DNA from: Squalus acanthias
Taxonomy: Eukaryota
Assembly: GCA_030390025.1 (NCBI GenBank)
Contig: CM059432.1
Coordinates: 96,660,001 to 96,724,000, forward strand
DNA: 64,000 nucleotides
Direction: 5' to 3'
Positions 12,701-25,450 of the stretch are shown in pieces. The position numbers and the translations under genes are program-made. How positions within the stretch are numbered: the stretch's first letter is position 1; every line of letters begins with the position of its first letter. Below the pieces are notes generated by a model. The model searched no databases and was not told where the DNA came from. It saw nothing but the letters and a program-made list of their open reading frames with translations.

Positions 12701-13989
12701 TCCATGGCTCACTGCTATCTGTAAGCCAGCTAAAACCAGCATTATTAAAATCATAATGATGTGCTCAATAACTGGCCTCATCTTGAATGTATCTGATTTG
12801 GGCTCCCTATACTTTTATCTTGCAAGATGTTTTGAAAGATGACATTCCCTCTTTAAGAAACTACTCATCTCACACAGGGAAATTATATTATGCTTTTTAA
12901 TTCATTTACAAAGGCGAATATGATATAATGTCCATGGATTTTTTTATAAATCATTTGTTGCCAGACATCTTAAGGAAACATTAGTCATGCAATATGGTTC
13001 TAAATGATAACAGTTTTTAAGAATGCTTATTCCAGTGGTACTAATTTTTTATGCTTGCAATGTAATTAAATTCAAAAGAGAAAGACATGAAATTATACAA
13101 TATTTATTGCATTGGTTTTACCATATTGGACATCCACAAAAAGTTACTAATGAAAAGGAGCAATTTTGATCTTTAAGGAATATTACAGCTATGTCTGCAG
13201 TGCAATCTCTGTGTATTACCACTAGATGCCCTTCCTGCTCCATTACACTAAAGTATATGTTGATTATTTATTTTTTACAGACACATACAAATGACTAAAT
13301 CATGTTCTAAAAACAGTCCACACTGTCGCTTAGGAACAATCTGAATTGCACAGAAGTACATTTTTCAGCATTTGACTATAAATTTCCATTAGAATATACC
13401 TGTACTGTGAAATGGCAACTGGCAATCTAAACTACTGATGGAGAAAAATAAAAGATTTTTAGCTACAGTGTGTTGTCTTACAGAAAGTACTAAGACTCCT
13501 GCTTTGTGTGGGGTCCCCCATTTCCCCCCACTCAAGTTTAAATTGCTTTCTCCTTGTTTCTAAGGATAACCTGTGACTTCACAAAATTAGGGAGTGGTCA
13601 TGCACCTGTATTTGCCATATGTCCTTCTTCCCTGGACTAATAGAAATCAGATGAACATTCATCCAAAATCTACCTTGCAGTTACAGCTCCAGCTTCAAAT
13701 CATATTACCTGATCCAATCACTGCTACGTAAGTTGGGACATTTGTTTTGGAATACGCAAGATGACAATGCAGACGTTCAGAATTACATTTTAGAGCTGAA
13801 ATTGCTCAGCTGTCGCCATGTACCCCTATTATAACTTTGGCAGGAGTTCAGTGGAACAGATATAGCTGGGACCCAAAATAGCCTATACCAGCCTGTGGCA
13901 AGATCTGGACAACATCCTGGCTTGAGCTGACAAATGGCAGGTAACATTTGTGCCACAGAAGTGGCAGGCAATGACCATCTCCAACAAGA

Positions 13990-14439
13990 CTAGAGAATTT
14001 TAGCTATGAGGAAAGATTGGATAGGCTGAGGTTGTTTTCTTTGGAACAGAGGAGGCTGAGGGAAGACTTAATTGGGGTGTATAAAATTATGACGGGCCTA
14101 GATAGAGTGAATAGGAACGACCTATTTCCATTAGCAGAAAGGTCAATAACCAGGGTCACAGATTTAAAGTAATTGGTACAAAGATTAGAGGGGAGTTGAG
14201 GAGAACTTTTTTCACCCAGAGGGTGGTGGGGGTCTGGAACTCACTGCCTGAAAGGGTGGTAGAGGCAGAAACCCTCATCACATTTAAAAGGTACTTGGAT
14301 ATGCACTTGAATTCCCCTAACCTCAAGGGCTATGGATCAAGAGCTGGGATGTGGGATTAGGCTGGATAGCTCTTTTTCGGCCGGCAAAGACACGATGGGT
14401 CGAATGGCCAACTTCTGTGCTGTAGATTTCTATGATTCT
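13990..14439 (+). mobile_element. CR1 LINE 3' end
   Basis: FSYEERLDRLRLFSLEQRRLR.., FFTQRVVGVWNSL, TTCTATGATTCTA tail. Same subfamily as 60600-61240. Confidence 0.85.
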
Positions 14440-14754
14440 AAGATAAGGCCCGACCACCTATCTCTGATCTTCAACAGCACCACCATCCCCGGGTTCCCTG
14501 TCGTTAACATCCTAGGGGGTCACCATTGACCAGAAACTTAACTGCATCAGCCACATCAATTCTATGGCTACAAGAGCAGGGCAGAGACTGGATACTCTGC
14601 AACAAGTGGCTCATCTCCTAATCCCGCAAAGCCTCTCCACCATTTAGAAGGCTCAATTTATCACATGGGTGCAACCACAAGAATATACAAGAAGTTTGAC
14701 ACCATTCAGGATGAAGCAATCTGCTTGATCAGTGCTATTGACACTGAACTCAAT

Positions 14755-15476
14755 GGGCCAGAAATTCGGCTCTCCGGCTTCCCGCGGGTGCAAGAATCGC
14801 GCGCGTACTTACATACCGCGCCTGCCGTTGTGCTTCGGGCCCGCGTGGAATTCGGGTCCTGGGCCTCCTGCAGCTGCCGGCGCGCAGTGCTTGCGTATCC
14901 CAGGGGCGCAGTTAGTTTGAAGCGTCCCCTGGGATCACGTGGGCCATGGAGAGCCAATCGGAGCAGGGAATCCTCATTCATAGATTTTGACAGGAAGACC
15001 TGCCAAATCTATGAATAGAGATCGGCCCCAAAACCTCACTAAAACTTCAAATAAATTAAAAAAAAACATCACATTTTTAAAATAAATATAAATTACATAA
15101 ATTAACTACATTAAACAAAAATTTACATTTTTGAAAAAATTAATTGCACTTTTTAACAGTGCTAAAAATAAACTTACCTTTCTTTAAAGTATGTAAAAAA
15201 GATAAACCTGTTGAAAAAATGTTTAAATTGTACTTAATTCACCACTTGCGCCTCCTTTATCCCCGCGCAGCTTCTCCGTACTTACCCTCATGGAGAAACC
15301 TGAAAAAAAAAATGAAGTTCGCCGCGTGCGCGCTGCCTCTCCGGCGCACGCGTTCAACCTCTGAACCCCTTCCTTCAGGGGAACGGAAGTTCCGGTTTCC
15401 AGTGCATGCGCGAAACCAGCACTTTCGTTGGGTCTACGGGTGAGTACCCACCCGTGGAGACCCGAATTTCTGGCCC
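14755..15476. mobile_element. Harbinger-type MITE
   Basis: TIRs GGGCCAGAAATTCGG / CCGAATTTCTGGCCC, AT-rich core, subterminal palindromes. Flanks AAT/ATT. Confidence 0.85.
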
Positions 15477-16358
15477 ATTATCCACCCCTCCACCACCAGT
15501 GTTCTGTAGCTCCAGAATGTACTGCAGCAACTCAACAAGCTTATTTTGACAATATCTCCCAGCCTTGTACCTCTACCACCGAGAAGGACAAAAGCAGCAG
15601 TATTATAGGAACACCATTCCCTCTAATCTCGCCTCCAAATCACTGGCCTGGACATATACCACCGCCGTTCCTTCATCAGCACTGGGTTAAGATCCTGGTT
15701 GAGTTAACCCATTATGGAAACACCATCAGCACAATGACTACAGCAGTTCAAGGAGAAGGCTCATCACAACCTTCTTAGGACAGCTAGTGATGGACAATAA
15801 CTGGGGCCTCGCCAGCATCGACCACATCCAATACGTATGGCTGGAATTTCTGCAGGGTTTTCCAGTGGTTGATTGATGAAATAACTGGAGATATATATGC
15901 ATTTTCTCCAGGGGTTCTGTTGATCTTCTGCCAAAGTTATAGTAGGAGATCAGGATAATCCTGCAGAAATTCAGGGCCAGAGTATTTTTCTATTATGTCA
16001 GGAATATCAACCAGTCCTCTCCCTCTGGCTCTTAGTTGCTTGAAAAGTTTTCAAACAGTTTCTTGGCTTCTTTGTCGGTTTCCGACCGCCGATTGCCTGA
16101 TTCAAACAATTAAAAAAAACTGCAACTGTTTTGAAATTTGAAATAAAAGCAGAAATCTCTGTAAATACACAACAGGTCCATCAGTATCTGAAAAGAGGAA
16201 AGTTTAACTTCTTGGGTGTTTACCTTTATTCAGAAATGGAAACTGGAAGATATTCTAGCAAGGAAACCATTATTTATTGATGAGCAAAACAATTCAACCC
16301 CAGAAAAGGGGGAAAGGTTTCCACTGTGCTTTAGGCATAGCAAACCAATAAACAGATT

Positions 16359-16535
16359 GGCCCTGAAAATTCCCAAGGGTTCTCCTGGTGTCCCACCATA
16401 ACTTCGGTGAGAGATCGGCAGAACTCCTGGAGAAATGGCACAAACAGCTGTTTTCAGCCATTTACTTTGTTTCTCGGAGTGGGGGGGGGGGGGGGGGAAG
16501 TGGTTCCTGCTGAACCTATATGGAATTTCAGGGCC
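16359..16535. mobile_element. 177-bp MITE
   Basis: GGCCCTGAAAATTCC / GGAATTTCAGGGCC with ATT TSD. A related copy lies at 15839-15978. Confidence 0.7.
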
Positions 16536-17264
16536 ATTCTTTGTAAATGTGTTTATAATTTTGTAACAGAGGAAATCTCCTCCCAGAATTCTGGTGCTAA
16601 TATAGCTGACTGTGTCAATTACTACCTTGTGTCTCACCATAATAATTAGGCTATTGCTGAAGTGAAATATAGAAATCAGAAGAGACACTGACCATTACTA
16701 TGCAATCTTTTACTTTCATTTTCAGCTGTTATTCATATGCAGACTCCACAGTCAATGCCTGTGCAATCGTTTTCAGCCCTGATTAGCTTTGTCTCTGAGG
16801 AGCATGTAGTTCCATTTCCCTGAAAGACACCAAGAGTGATAATGCTGATTGCAATGATTTTTCTAGCTTTGATGCAAGACCTGATATTGAAAATGTTCCC
16901 ATTAAAACTCACTCAGGTACTTGAATCTTACACGCTTTACAGTGCAATAATGGAAATGTTCTTTATTCTCCCCAGCAGCACATAATTAAACCATCAACTG
17001 CGTGGGTTACTGATGGCTTACTGAATTGATCTTTGCCTTCTGCTAAGCATAATCCTGAAATACATTGGTCTCTGGCGTTATGTACATTTTAAGTATATTA
17101 TCGCTATTTAAAAATGTCACAGAGAATCTGCATTAATTAGTGAAAAAATAAGTTTAAAATTCTGGAGATAAGCAAAACAAGGAAACTAATATTAAAACTG
17201 CTACTTAAAAAGGTAAGTTAAAAAGGAATTCGAAGGAATCTTACTTAACTGCGACAAGGGTAAG

Positions 17265-17734
17265 TGTCAGCTGTGGCTCAGTGGGTATCACTCTCGCTCT
17301 GAGTCAGAAGGTTGTGGGTTCAAGTCCCACTCCAGAGACTTAAGTACAAAAATCTAGGCCGACACTCCAGTGCAGTGCTGAGGGAGTGCTGCACTGTCAG
17401 AGTTACTGTCTTTCGGCTGAGATGTTATACCAAGGCCCCGCCTGCTCTTTCAGGTGGGCGTAAAAGATCCCGTAGCACTATTTCGAAGAAGAGCAGGGGC
17501 GTTATCCCTGGTGTCTTGGCCAATATCCCTCAATCAACATAACAAAAACAGATTATCTGGTCATTATCACATTGCTGTTTGTGGGAGCTTGCTGTGCACA
17601 AATTGGCTGCCGTGTTTTTTACATTAAAACAGTGACTCCACTCCAAAAGTACTTCATTGGCTGTAAGGTGCTTTGGCATGTCCAGTGATCGTAAAACACG
17701 CTATATAAATGCAAGTCTTTCTTTTTTTCTTTTC
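17265..17734 (+). mobile_element. Deu-domain SINE copy
   Basis: A box TGGCTCAGTGG, B box GGTTCAAGTCC, Deu core, tail GCTATATAAATGCAAGTCTTTCTTTT. Confidence 0.88.
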
Positions 17735-18059
17735 TTACGTTTAGCATAGAATTACTATTGTGAAACTGAATAACAAAAGGGTAAAACGAACACAGTATCA
17801 AAGTGAAATGAACAGATAAGGCCGGATTTATTTTTATATGCTGTTCCATGGTATACTTGTACAGCAGAAGCCAATCCCAAAATCAGATTATACCAAAGTA
17901 AAATTCAAATCCACTGTGCTTTACTTTGCAATCACATGAAGCCCGCATCATCCACAATGTGCATCCCATTTGGTGTCAGACCATTGAACTTGGGTAGTTC
18001 CAAACGTAAAATGGTAAATATTTTTGCAGTATATGGATTCACTTGCTAATACTGTCTAT

Positions 18060-18462
18060 CATAGAATCATAGAATGATACAGCATAGAAGGAGTCCATTT
18101 GGCCCATTGTGCCAGTGCCGGCTCTTTGAAAGAGCTATCCAATTAGTCCCACTCCCTGCTCTTTCCCCATAGCCCTGAAATTGTTTCCTTTTCAAGTATT
18201 TATCCAATTCCCTTTTGAAAGTTATTATTGAATGTGCTTCCACCACCCTTTCAAGCAGTGCATTCCAGATCATAACAACTCGCTGTGTATTTTTTTTTCC
18301 TCGTCTGTGTCTTCTGGTTACCGACCCTTCTGCCACTGGAAACAGTTTCTCCTTATTTACTCTATCAAAACCCTTTAAAATTTTGAACACCTCTATCAAA
18401 TCTCTTTTTCTCTGCTCTAAGAAGAACAACCCCAGTTTCTCTAGTCTCTCCACATAGCTGAG
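18060..18462 (-). mobile_element. CR1 LINE 3' end
   Basis: LSYVERLEKLGLFFLEQR..LIEVFKILKGFDRV. (ATTCTATG)2 tail on the minus strand. Confidence 0.85.
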
Positions 18463-18700
18463 GTCCCACATCCCAACATGTTGCTGACGTCCAGTGTTAT
18501 ATTACTAACCAGGCTGACGATAATTTCTACATTATCATTCACTGAACAAGTGACCTGCATGAACTGGGTCTTTCTTGTCTGTAACAAAAAGCAAAACGAT
18601 CTGCATTCAACAAAGTTAAAATTAAGGAAAGTTTCTTTGACAAGGCCTGAGATTTCCATGTTTTAAAAATACATCCTTCTTCATTTGTTACAAACACAGA

Positions 18701-20056
18701 GGGCTGAATTTAATAGGGAAGGTGTGTTGGGGGCGGCGAGGGGGTGGCGGGGGGGTGTGTGTGGGGGGCTCCCAGGCAGTCGGGGAACCCGGGAGAATGG
18801 GTTTCCCACAGGACCTGTCGAATTTAACGGCAGGGTTTGATTTGCATGGGAAGCCTCTATTCCCCACCCGCAGCCAACCAGATTGAGAGGCTGGCCGGAA
18901 CCGGGCGGGCAGGCCGCACAGAGGAGGGAGGGATCGCGCAGGGACCGGGGGGTAGCCGGAGGAAGGAGGGATCGCACAGGGGCCGGGGGGCAGCTGGAGG
19001 AGGGAGGGATCGCGCAGGGGCCGGGGGACAGCCGGAGGAGGGAGGGATCGCACAGGGGCTGGGGGGCAGCCGGAGGAGGGAGGGATCGCACAGGGGCCGG
19101 GGGGCAGCCGGAGGAGGGAGGGATCGCACAGGGGCCGGGGGGCAGCCGGAGGAGGGAGGGATCGCGCAGGGGCCAGGGGGACAGCCGGAGGAGGGAGGGA
19201 TCGCACAGGGGCCAGGGGGGCAGCCGGAGGAGCAGGACGTGGGCCACGACCAGCGGGGGGGACTAAGGATCGGGGGGGGGGTGATGTGAAGAGGATCGGG
19301 GGCCGGGTGGCAGCTGGCAAAGGATCGGGGTGGGCTGGGGGTGAGGGGGGGGGCTGCGAGGACATTCGGGGACTGGGAGGAGCACGGGCGGGGTTGCAAA
19401 GAGGATTGGGGGTCGGGAGCAGCACGGAGGGGAGGGGGTGCCGGACGAGCGGCGGGAGGGGCATTGTGGGGGGGGATCGTAGGCCTGGGGGCTGGGAATT
19501 GTAGGCCTGGTGGGGTGGGGGAGGCCTCGTGAGGGGATTTGAGGCCTGGGGGGTATCGTACGCCTGGCACGGGGTTGACGGGAGGCCTTGTGGGGGTATC
19601 GGAAGCCTGGGTGGGGAGATCGTAGGATGGGGAGGGGGGATTGGAGGCCTGCGGGGGGTGAAATCGGAGGCCTGGGGGCATCAGAGGCCTCACGGGGGAG
19701 GTCTCTGATCGCGAGAGTTCGGTTAGGTAGGCACCCTGGATCCAGGCACTTACCTGCTGGATCCAGCAGTCCTCGCCTTGCATTAGCTGGCGGGTTTGAC
19801 GAGGCGTGCAAAACTCAACCAGTTGCAGTTAAAGACAAAATGTAGGTTAAAGCAGAGGCTTCCAAACTCATTATAATATTTAAATAGTCAGCCCGCCTCC
19901 TGGCAGCAGATTGGCTGCCCGCCCCCATCCGGCCCCATGCCCACCTCTGTTAAAACCGGAAGTGGGCAGGTTGGAGGGGGGTTCAGGTCGGGATTCCGAT
20001 TTTTAACACTTTAACTACCCCCATGCCCCATCCATTTTTAGGTTAAAATTCTCCCC
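18701..20056. mobile_element. Harbinger-type MITE with internal ~39-bp tandem array
   Basis: GGGCTGAATTTAA / TTAAAATTCTCCCC with AGA TSD. About 8 copies of CAGCCGGAGGAGGGAGGGATCGC(A/G)CAGGGGCCGGGGGG at ~18925-19230. Confidence 0.8.
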
Positions 20057-20319
20057 AGATTGTTTGAATATATCAAATCAGAATCCATAAGAATGATCTG
20101 ATACAGTTTCTAAGAATATATATCTATGAGAAAACTACTTGATGGTTGACTATGCTTAATACTGCTAAAAAAAATTGCCATTACATTTTAACACCTATGA
20201 ATTAGTGTTTTAGTTAGCTATTTATTGAAGAACACATTGAGGGATTGAACTAAATTGTTTTGAGCTCGCATTTATTAATAATATTTTTACAAAATAGTGG
20301 TGCAGTAAACAATAGAATT

Positions 20320-22980
20320 ATTCAACACTCCTGCCCCCATAATAACAGGGAGGCGGGAAGTGTGCGGGTTGGGGGTGGCGGGAGGTTTAACGGCTGGGAA
20401 ACCCGAAAGTACCGAACCTAACGACAGGCCCTGATTAAAAAAAAATTCCCTTTCCCGGTTGCAGCCAGCCACCTATCTTCAGCAGGGGAGCAGTCACCGG
20501 GAGAGGGTCAGAGAGATCGCGGGGGGAGTCAGACAGATAGCGGGGGGGGTGAGAGTCAGATAGATTGCGGGGGGGGTGAGTCGGATAGATCGCGGGGCGG
20601 GGGAGTCGGACAGATTGCGGTGGGGGGGAGAGTCGGATAGATCGCGGGGGGTGGGGAGAGTCGGACAGATCGCGCGGGGGGGGAGTTGGATAGATTGCGG
20701 GGGGGGGGGGAGTCGGACAGATCGCGGGGGGGGGGAGAGTCGGATAGATCGCGGGGGGGGAGTTGGATAGATTGCAGGGGGGGGGGGAGTCGGATAGATC
20801 GCGGGGGGGGGAGTCGGATAGATCGCGGGGGGGAGTCGGATAGATCGCGGGGGGGGGGGAGAGTCGGATAGATCGCGGGGGGGGGGAGAGTTGGATAGAT
20901 TGCGGGGGGGGGAGAGTTGGATAGATCGCGGGGGGGAGTCGGATAGATCGCGGGGGGGAGAGTTGGATAGATCGCGGGGGGGGGAGTCGGATAGATCGTG
21001 GGGGGGAGAGTCGGATAGATCGCGGGGGGGGAGTCGGATAGATCGCGGGGAGGAGTCGGATAGATCGCGGGGGGTGGGAGTCGGATAGATTGCGGGGGGG
21101 GGGGAAGAGTCGGACAGATCGCGGGGGGGGGAGTCGGATAGATCGCGGGGGGGGAGAGTCGGATAGATCGCGGGGAGGGGAGTCGGATAGATCGCGGGGG
21201 GGAGAGTCGGATAGATCGCGGGGGGGGAGAGTCGGATAGATCGCGGGGGGGGAGAGTCGGATAGATCGCGGGGGGGGGAGTCGGATAGATCGCGGGGGGG
21301 GAGCGTCGGATAGATCGCGGGGGGGGAGTCGGATAGATCGCGGGGGGGGGGAGTCGGATAGATCGCGGGGGGGGAGTCGGATAGATTGCGGGGGGGGGAG
21401 AGTCGGACAGATCGCGGGGGGGAGTCGGATAGATCGCGGGGGGGGAGAGTCGGATAGATCGCGGGGGGGGGAGTCGGATAGATCGCGGGGGGGGAGAGTC
21501 GGATAGATCGCGGGGGGGGAGTCGGATAGATCGCGGGGGGGGAGTCGGATAGATCGCGGGGGGGGAGAGTCGGACAGATCGCGGGGGGAGAGTCGGATAG
21601 ATCGCGGGGGGGGAGAGTCGGATAGATCGTGGGGGGGGAGTCGGATAGATCGTGGGGGGGGGAGAGTCGGATAGATCGCGGGGGGGGGAGTCGGATAGAT
21701 CGCGGGGGGGGAGTCGGATAGATCGCGGGGGGTGGGAGTCGGATAGATTGCGGGGGGGGGGGAGAGTCGGACAGATCGCGGGGGGGAGTCGGATAGATCG
21801 CGGGGGGGGAGAGTCGGATAGATCGCGGGGGGGGGAGTCGGACAGATCGCGGGGGGGAGAGTCGGATAGATTGCGGGGGGGGAGTCGGATAGATTGCGGG
21901 GGGGGGAGTCGGATAGATTGCGGGGGGGGGTGAGTTGGATAGATCGCGGGGGGGGGAGTCGGACAGATCGCGGGGGGTGGGAGTCGGACAGATTGCGGGG
22001 GGGGGGAGAGTCGGACAGATCGCGGGGGGGGGAGTCGGACAGATCGCGGGGGGGAGAGTCGGATAGATTGCGGGGGGGGGAGTCGGATAGATCGCGGGGG
22101 GGGAGTCGGATAGATTGCGGGGGGGGTGAGTTGGATAGATCGCGGGGGGGGAGTCGGACAGATCGCGGGGGGTGGGAGTCGGACAGATCGCGGGGGGGAG
22201 AGTCGGATAGATTGCGGGGGGGGGAGTCGGATAGATCGCGGGGGGGGAGTCGGATAGATTGCGGGGGGGGTGAGTTGGATAGATCGCGGGGGGGGAGTCG
22301 GATAGATCGCGGGGGGGGGAGTCGGATAGATTGCGGGGGGGGTGAGTTGGATAGATCGCGGGGGTGGGAGTCGGACAGATTGCGGGGGGGGTGGAGTCGG
22401 ATAGATTGCGGGGGGGGGGAGTCGGATAGATCGCGGGGGGGGGGGAGTCGGACAGATTGCAGGGGGGAGTCGGACAGATTGCGGGGGGGGAGTCGGACAG
22501 ATTGCGGGGGGTGGGGTGGATTCGGATAGATCGCGGGGGGAGGAGAGTCGGACAGATTGCGGGGGGGGGGAGAGTCGGACAGATTGCGGGCGGGGGGGTG
22601 GGTGTTCGGGGAGTCGGATCGCTCGCAGGGTTTTACAGGTTAGTTTGTTGGTCCGGTGGTGAAACACTCTTGCTCCTCCTGGCCCACAAGCAGTGCTGTA
22701 AAGGCACCTTATGGATCCGGCCCTTCACGCCTTCCTTCAGCTGCCGGGTTTCCCGAAGTCCAGGAAACCCGGTCTGCAGGTGTTAAAAATAAAATTTACA
22801 TTAAAATGGAGACTTGCGGCCTTCTTAAAATATTATACGGTCCGTCCCTGCGTCCTGACAGCGGTTGGTCGCCCGCCCCCCAACCTGTCTCCATTTAAAC
22901 CCGAAGTGGGCGGGTTGGGGTCAGGTTGCCAATTTTAAAATTTTAACCACCCACCCGCCCTAGGGGTTAAAATTACCCCC
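20320..22980. mobile_element. Harbinger-type MITE expanded by a minisatellite
   Basis: Right end GGGGTTAAAATTACCCCC and the shared CTCCTCCTGGCCCACAAGCAGTGCTGTAAAGGCAC motif. Left boundary approximate. Confidence 0.65.
20505..22620 (+). repeat. ~2.1-kb G-rich minisatellite, unit (GA)GAGTCGGA(T/C)AGAT(C/T)GC followed by a G run (mostly 6-12)
   Basis: Directly visible; roughly 80 units of 24-29 bp with variable G-run length. Confidence 0.97.
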
Positions 22981-23643
22981 ACTGTGTCGCCGAGTTCAAC
23001 ACAAAATGCAGTCCAGTAAGTCGGTTGTAAATTCAAATTGTCATATGTTTTCTCAACTAATTGTGTTTTTGTGCCTTATGCAATGTGCCTAAACTAGGCC
23101 AATTTAAAATATAAAAAAAAACCACATTTTCAAATAACTCAATGAGATATCCTATGTGGTATCTTTCTGAAATCATGTTTTCTGGTTTCATTTAATTGAT
23201 CAACACTGAAGTAGTGCTGCATTCAAATATTTTGCACTGAGAATAATTAGGCCAAGACAGAGACATACAATATTGATAAATCATTAGGACTTCAAAGACA
23301 GATTTGTAAAAAGATTTGATTATATACTACTAGATCATTTGTAAACTGGTCTTCTGCTTTGCATCTAGTGTCACCAATCAGAAAAGGCTAATAACCCAGT
23401 TACTGGGCTGTAGTTACTCAAGTGTTTGGGCAATAGTGGGCTTAAAGTCAATGATACCAGCAAGTAACACAATGACACTCATTATCTAATCTAAAAATAT
23501 TTCCCCTTCTGGTATCAAACAAGAGATTTTAATATGTAAATGAGTACTTCGGAGAAATTGCTTACTGTCATTTTGGTTGCCTGGTAGCAGTGTCTAATAG
23601 AAAATCTAGATATCTAGGGCAAGTGCGCTTTTTAAAACATATT

Positions 23644-24383
23644 GGGCAGGAGCTTCCGCTAGGTTTTGCTGGTTTTTCAGCGCAATTCGCCTGAAATTGA
23701 TCAAGCCAGCACAAAAGATCACAAAATTTTAAGCGCAAATTACATCCAGCGCAACTCGAGTTTCGGCAATCTTTTGCGCTAGTTTAAAAAACATCTCGCT
23801 AGAAGCCGGCCCTGCCCACAACACTGGCCACGCCCTCAGATCGAATGAATCACCATGGCGAGTTTCTGCTAATTGCGCCCGTTTGTGGGCCTTCGAGGAG
23901 GCTCTGAGAATTAAGCTTTTTTTTAGGCGCAAGAACACTAATAGGCATGTTTTAAAAGCTTGTAAATGTTTTTTTTTGATTTACTAAGAAACTGACTACT
24001 ATACACCAATGAAACTAGTAAGTGATTCTGTATAGTTTTTTAAAGTCATTTTTTTCAGGCTACTCACAGGTGGTGGACAAGAGACTCTGATTAATGATGC
24101 TTATTTTTTTGTGATAAACCCATTTTCAGCTGTATTAATAAAACTGCAGGTTAGCACTCTTAAATATAGCAAGTAATATTTTGTAATGCAAAAATATATA
24201 TTTTTTAATTGCTTTCCAAAACACTGCCTGATTGCGCTGGTTCATGGTAGATTTTGCGTTCGGCAATATGCAAATGAAGTTGAGTGGAAACTTGAGACAA
24301 AAAATACTTCTGAAAACTAGCACAATTTTGGGCGCAATTTGCACCTGGATCACCGATTGCGCCTAAAGCGGAAACTCCTGGCC
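23644..24383. mobile_element. Harbinger-type MITE
   Basis: TIRs GGGCAGGAGCTTCCGCT / AGCGGAAACTCCTGGCC with ATT TSD. Confidence 0.8.
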
Positions 24384-24814
24384 ATTGTTTTGCTTTGCTT
24401 TTTTTTCTTGAATAAGTGACAGTGTGGCTGGAGTGTTAATAAGACGATGTCCTGACTTTGTTGAAATAAAAGTAGAAAGGCTACCAAGATATTAAGCTCC
24501 GACTTGTTTCCACTACGGCAACCAGAGTGCAAAAGTGATAGGTTACTTTTACTATTGACCTCTTTTATTTTATACTTTATCACAAATGCTGGCAAAGAGT
24601 TGGAAGTCTGTCAGTGCTGCATTTTGACAGCTTCCATCAGATGGAAAATTAACAAAAAACTCATACTTTGAAGAAAAGCTGCAGAATGCTTTATAAAATT
24701 TAGGGTATGTTCCTGCATCATCGAAGAATTCATGCGAACTTGATTAGACAGTGGCAAATTGTTGCATTGCTAATGACCTTAAGGTATAAATGGAAAGAGT
24801 GTCACAAAATTAAT

Positions 24815-25450
24815 GGGAGAGAGATTAGTTTTGACCCCTTTTGGGCGCGAAATGGCCAATGGGCTCTCTGACCACGCCAAAAGCTGGAGGCACAAGATTC
24901 CTCCGAAATTGGACCTCGGGCCCACCAACATAATTCCAGCGAATTCAGCGAACACCAGTCTGGTATCCTGATACCAGGAATAGGGTGAGTGCAGGCCAGC
25001 AGCAGCCTGCCGTAGTGCTATGGAGTCAGGTGGAGCAGTCCTGCTCCTCCTCCCTCCGCATCAATGTAAATTAAAAATCAAAAACTTACCGTTTTGATGG
25101 TGGCCTCTAACGGTCGGCATGTAGACTTGGTAATCCTGATGGCTCCACATTAAAACTGCGGGTCGCTGCTGGCAACCGCTCGCCTCCTCCCGATTGCTTC
25201 CCGTCCACTTTCCCACGCTTAGCTTAGGCCATGGGCTTGGTGTCTAAGCTGGCCGATCTTGCTTTCCTTCCCCCAATGACCATCGAGCTGCCTCCGGAGT
25301 TACAACCGGCACCCACAGCTCGCCGGTATTATACTAATGAGGCCAGCAGACCACTTTGCCCTGGTCCTGGTCCTGCTGCATTAGGGGCGTGCAATGTGTA
25401 CTACACCGGGAGCGCGCTCCGATTCAGGCACCATCCAATTTACAGGCCCC
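24815..25450. mobile_element. Degenerate non-autonomous DNA transposon
   Basis: GC-rich island ending CCAATTTACAGGCCCC, with the TCCTGCTCCTCC..AAACTTACC motif seen in other MITEs. Confidence 0.45.

Larger units (their letters stand above)
13885..15830 (+). mobile_element. Old CR1/L2-group LINE 3' region split by a CR1 and a MITE
   Basis: Pieces ~13885-13989 (DLDNILA*ADKWQVTF), 14440-14754 (DQKLNCISHIN..KKFDTIQDEA) and 15477-15830; the latter two are colinear with the better-preserved copy at 27298-27935. Confidence 0.75.

Noticed and set aside
17265..17340. tRNA gene
   Set aside because: The A/B boxes belong to a SINE head followed by the Deu domain; no convincing cloverleaf.
18681..19811. 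Overlapping Pro/Gly-rich ORFs of 180-308 aa
   Set aside because: Products of a 39-bp tandem repeat and the GC-rich MITE interior, open in several frames at once.
20505..22620. CRISPR-like array
   Set aside because: The 'spacers' are only variable G runs; no cas genes; vertebrate context.
20556..22667. 703-aa proline-rich (extensin-like) ORF
   Set aside because: It is the C-rich strand of the minisatellite, whose unit has no stop in any frame; the translation just cycles through three frames.
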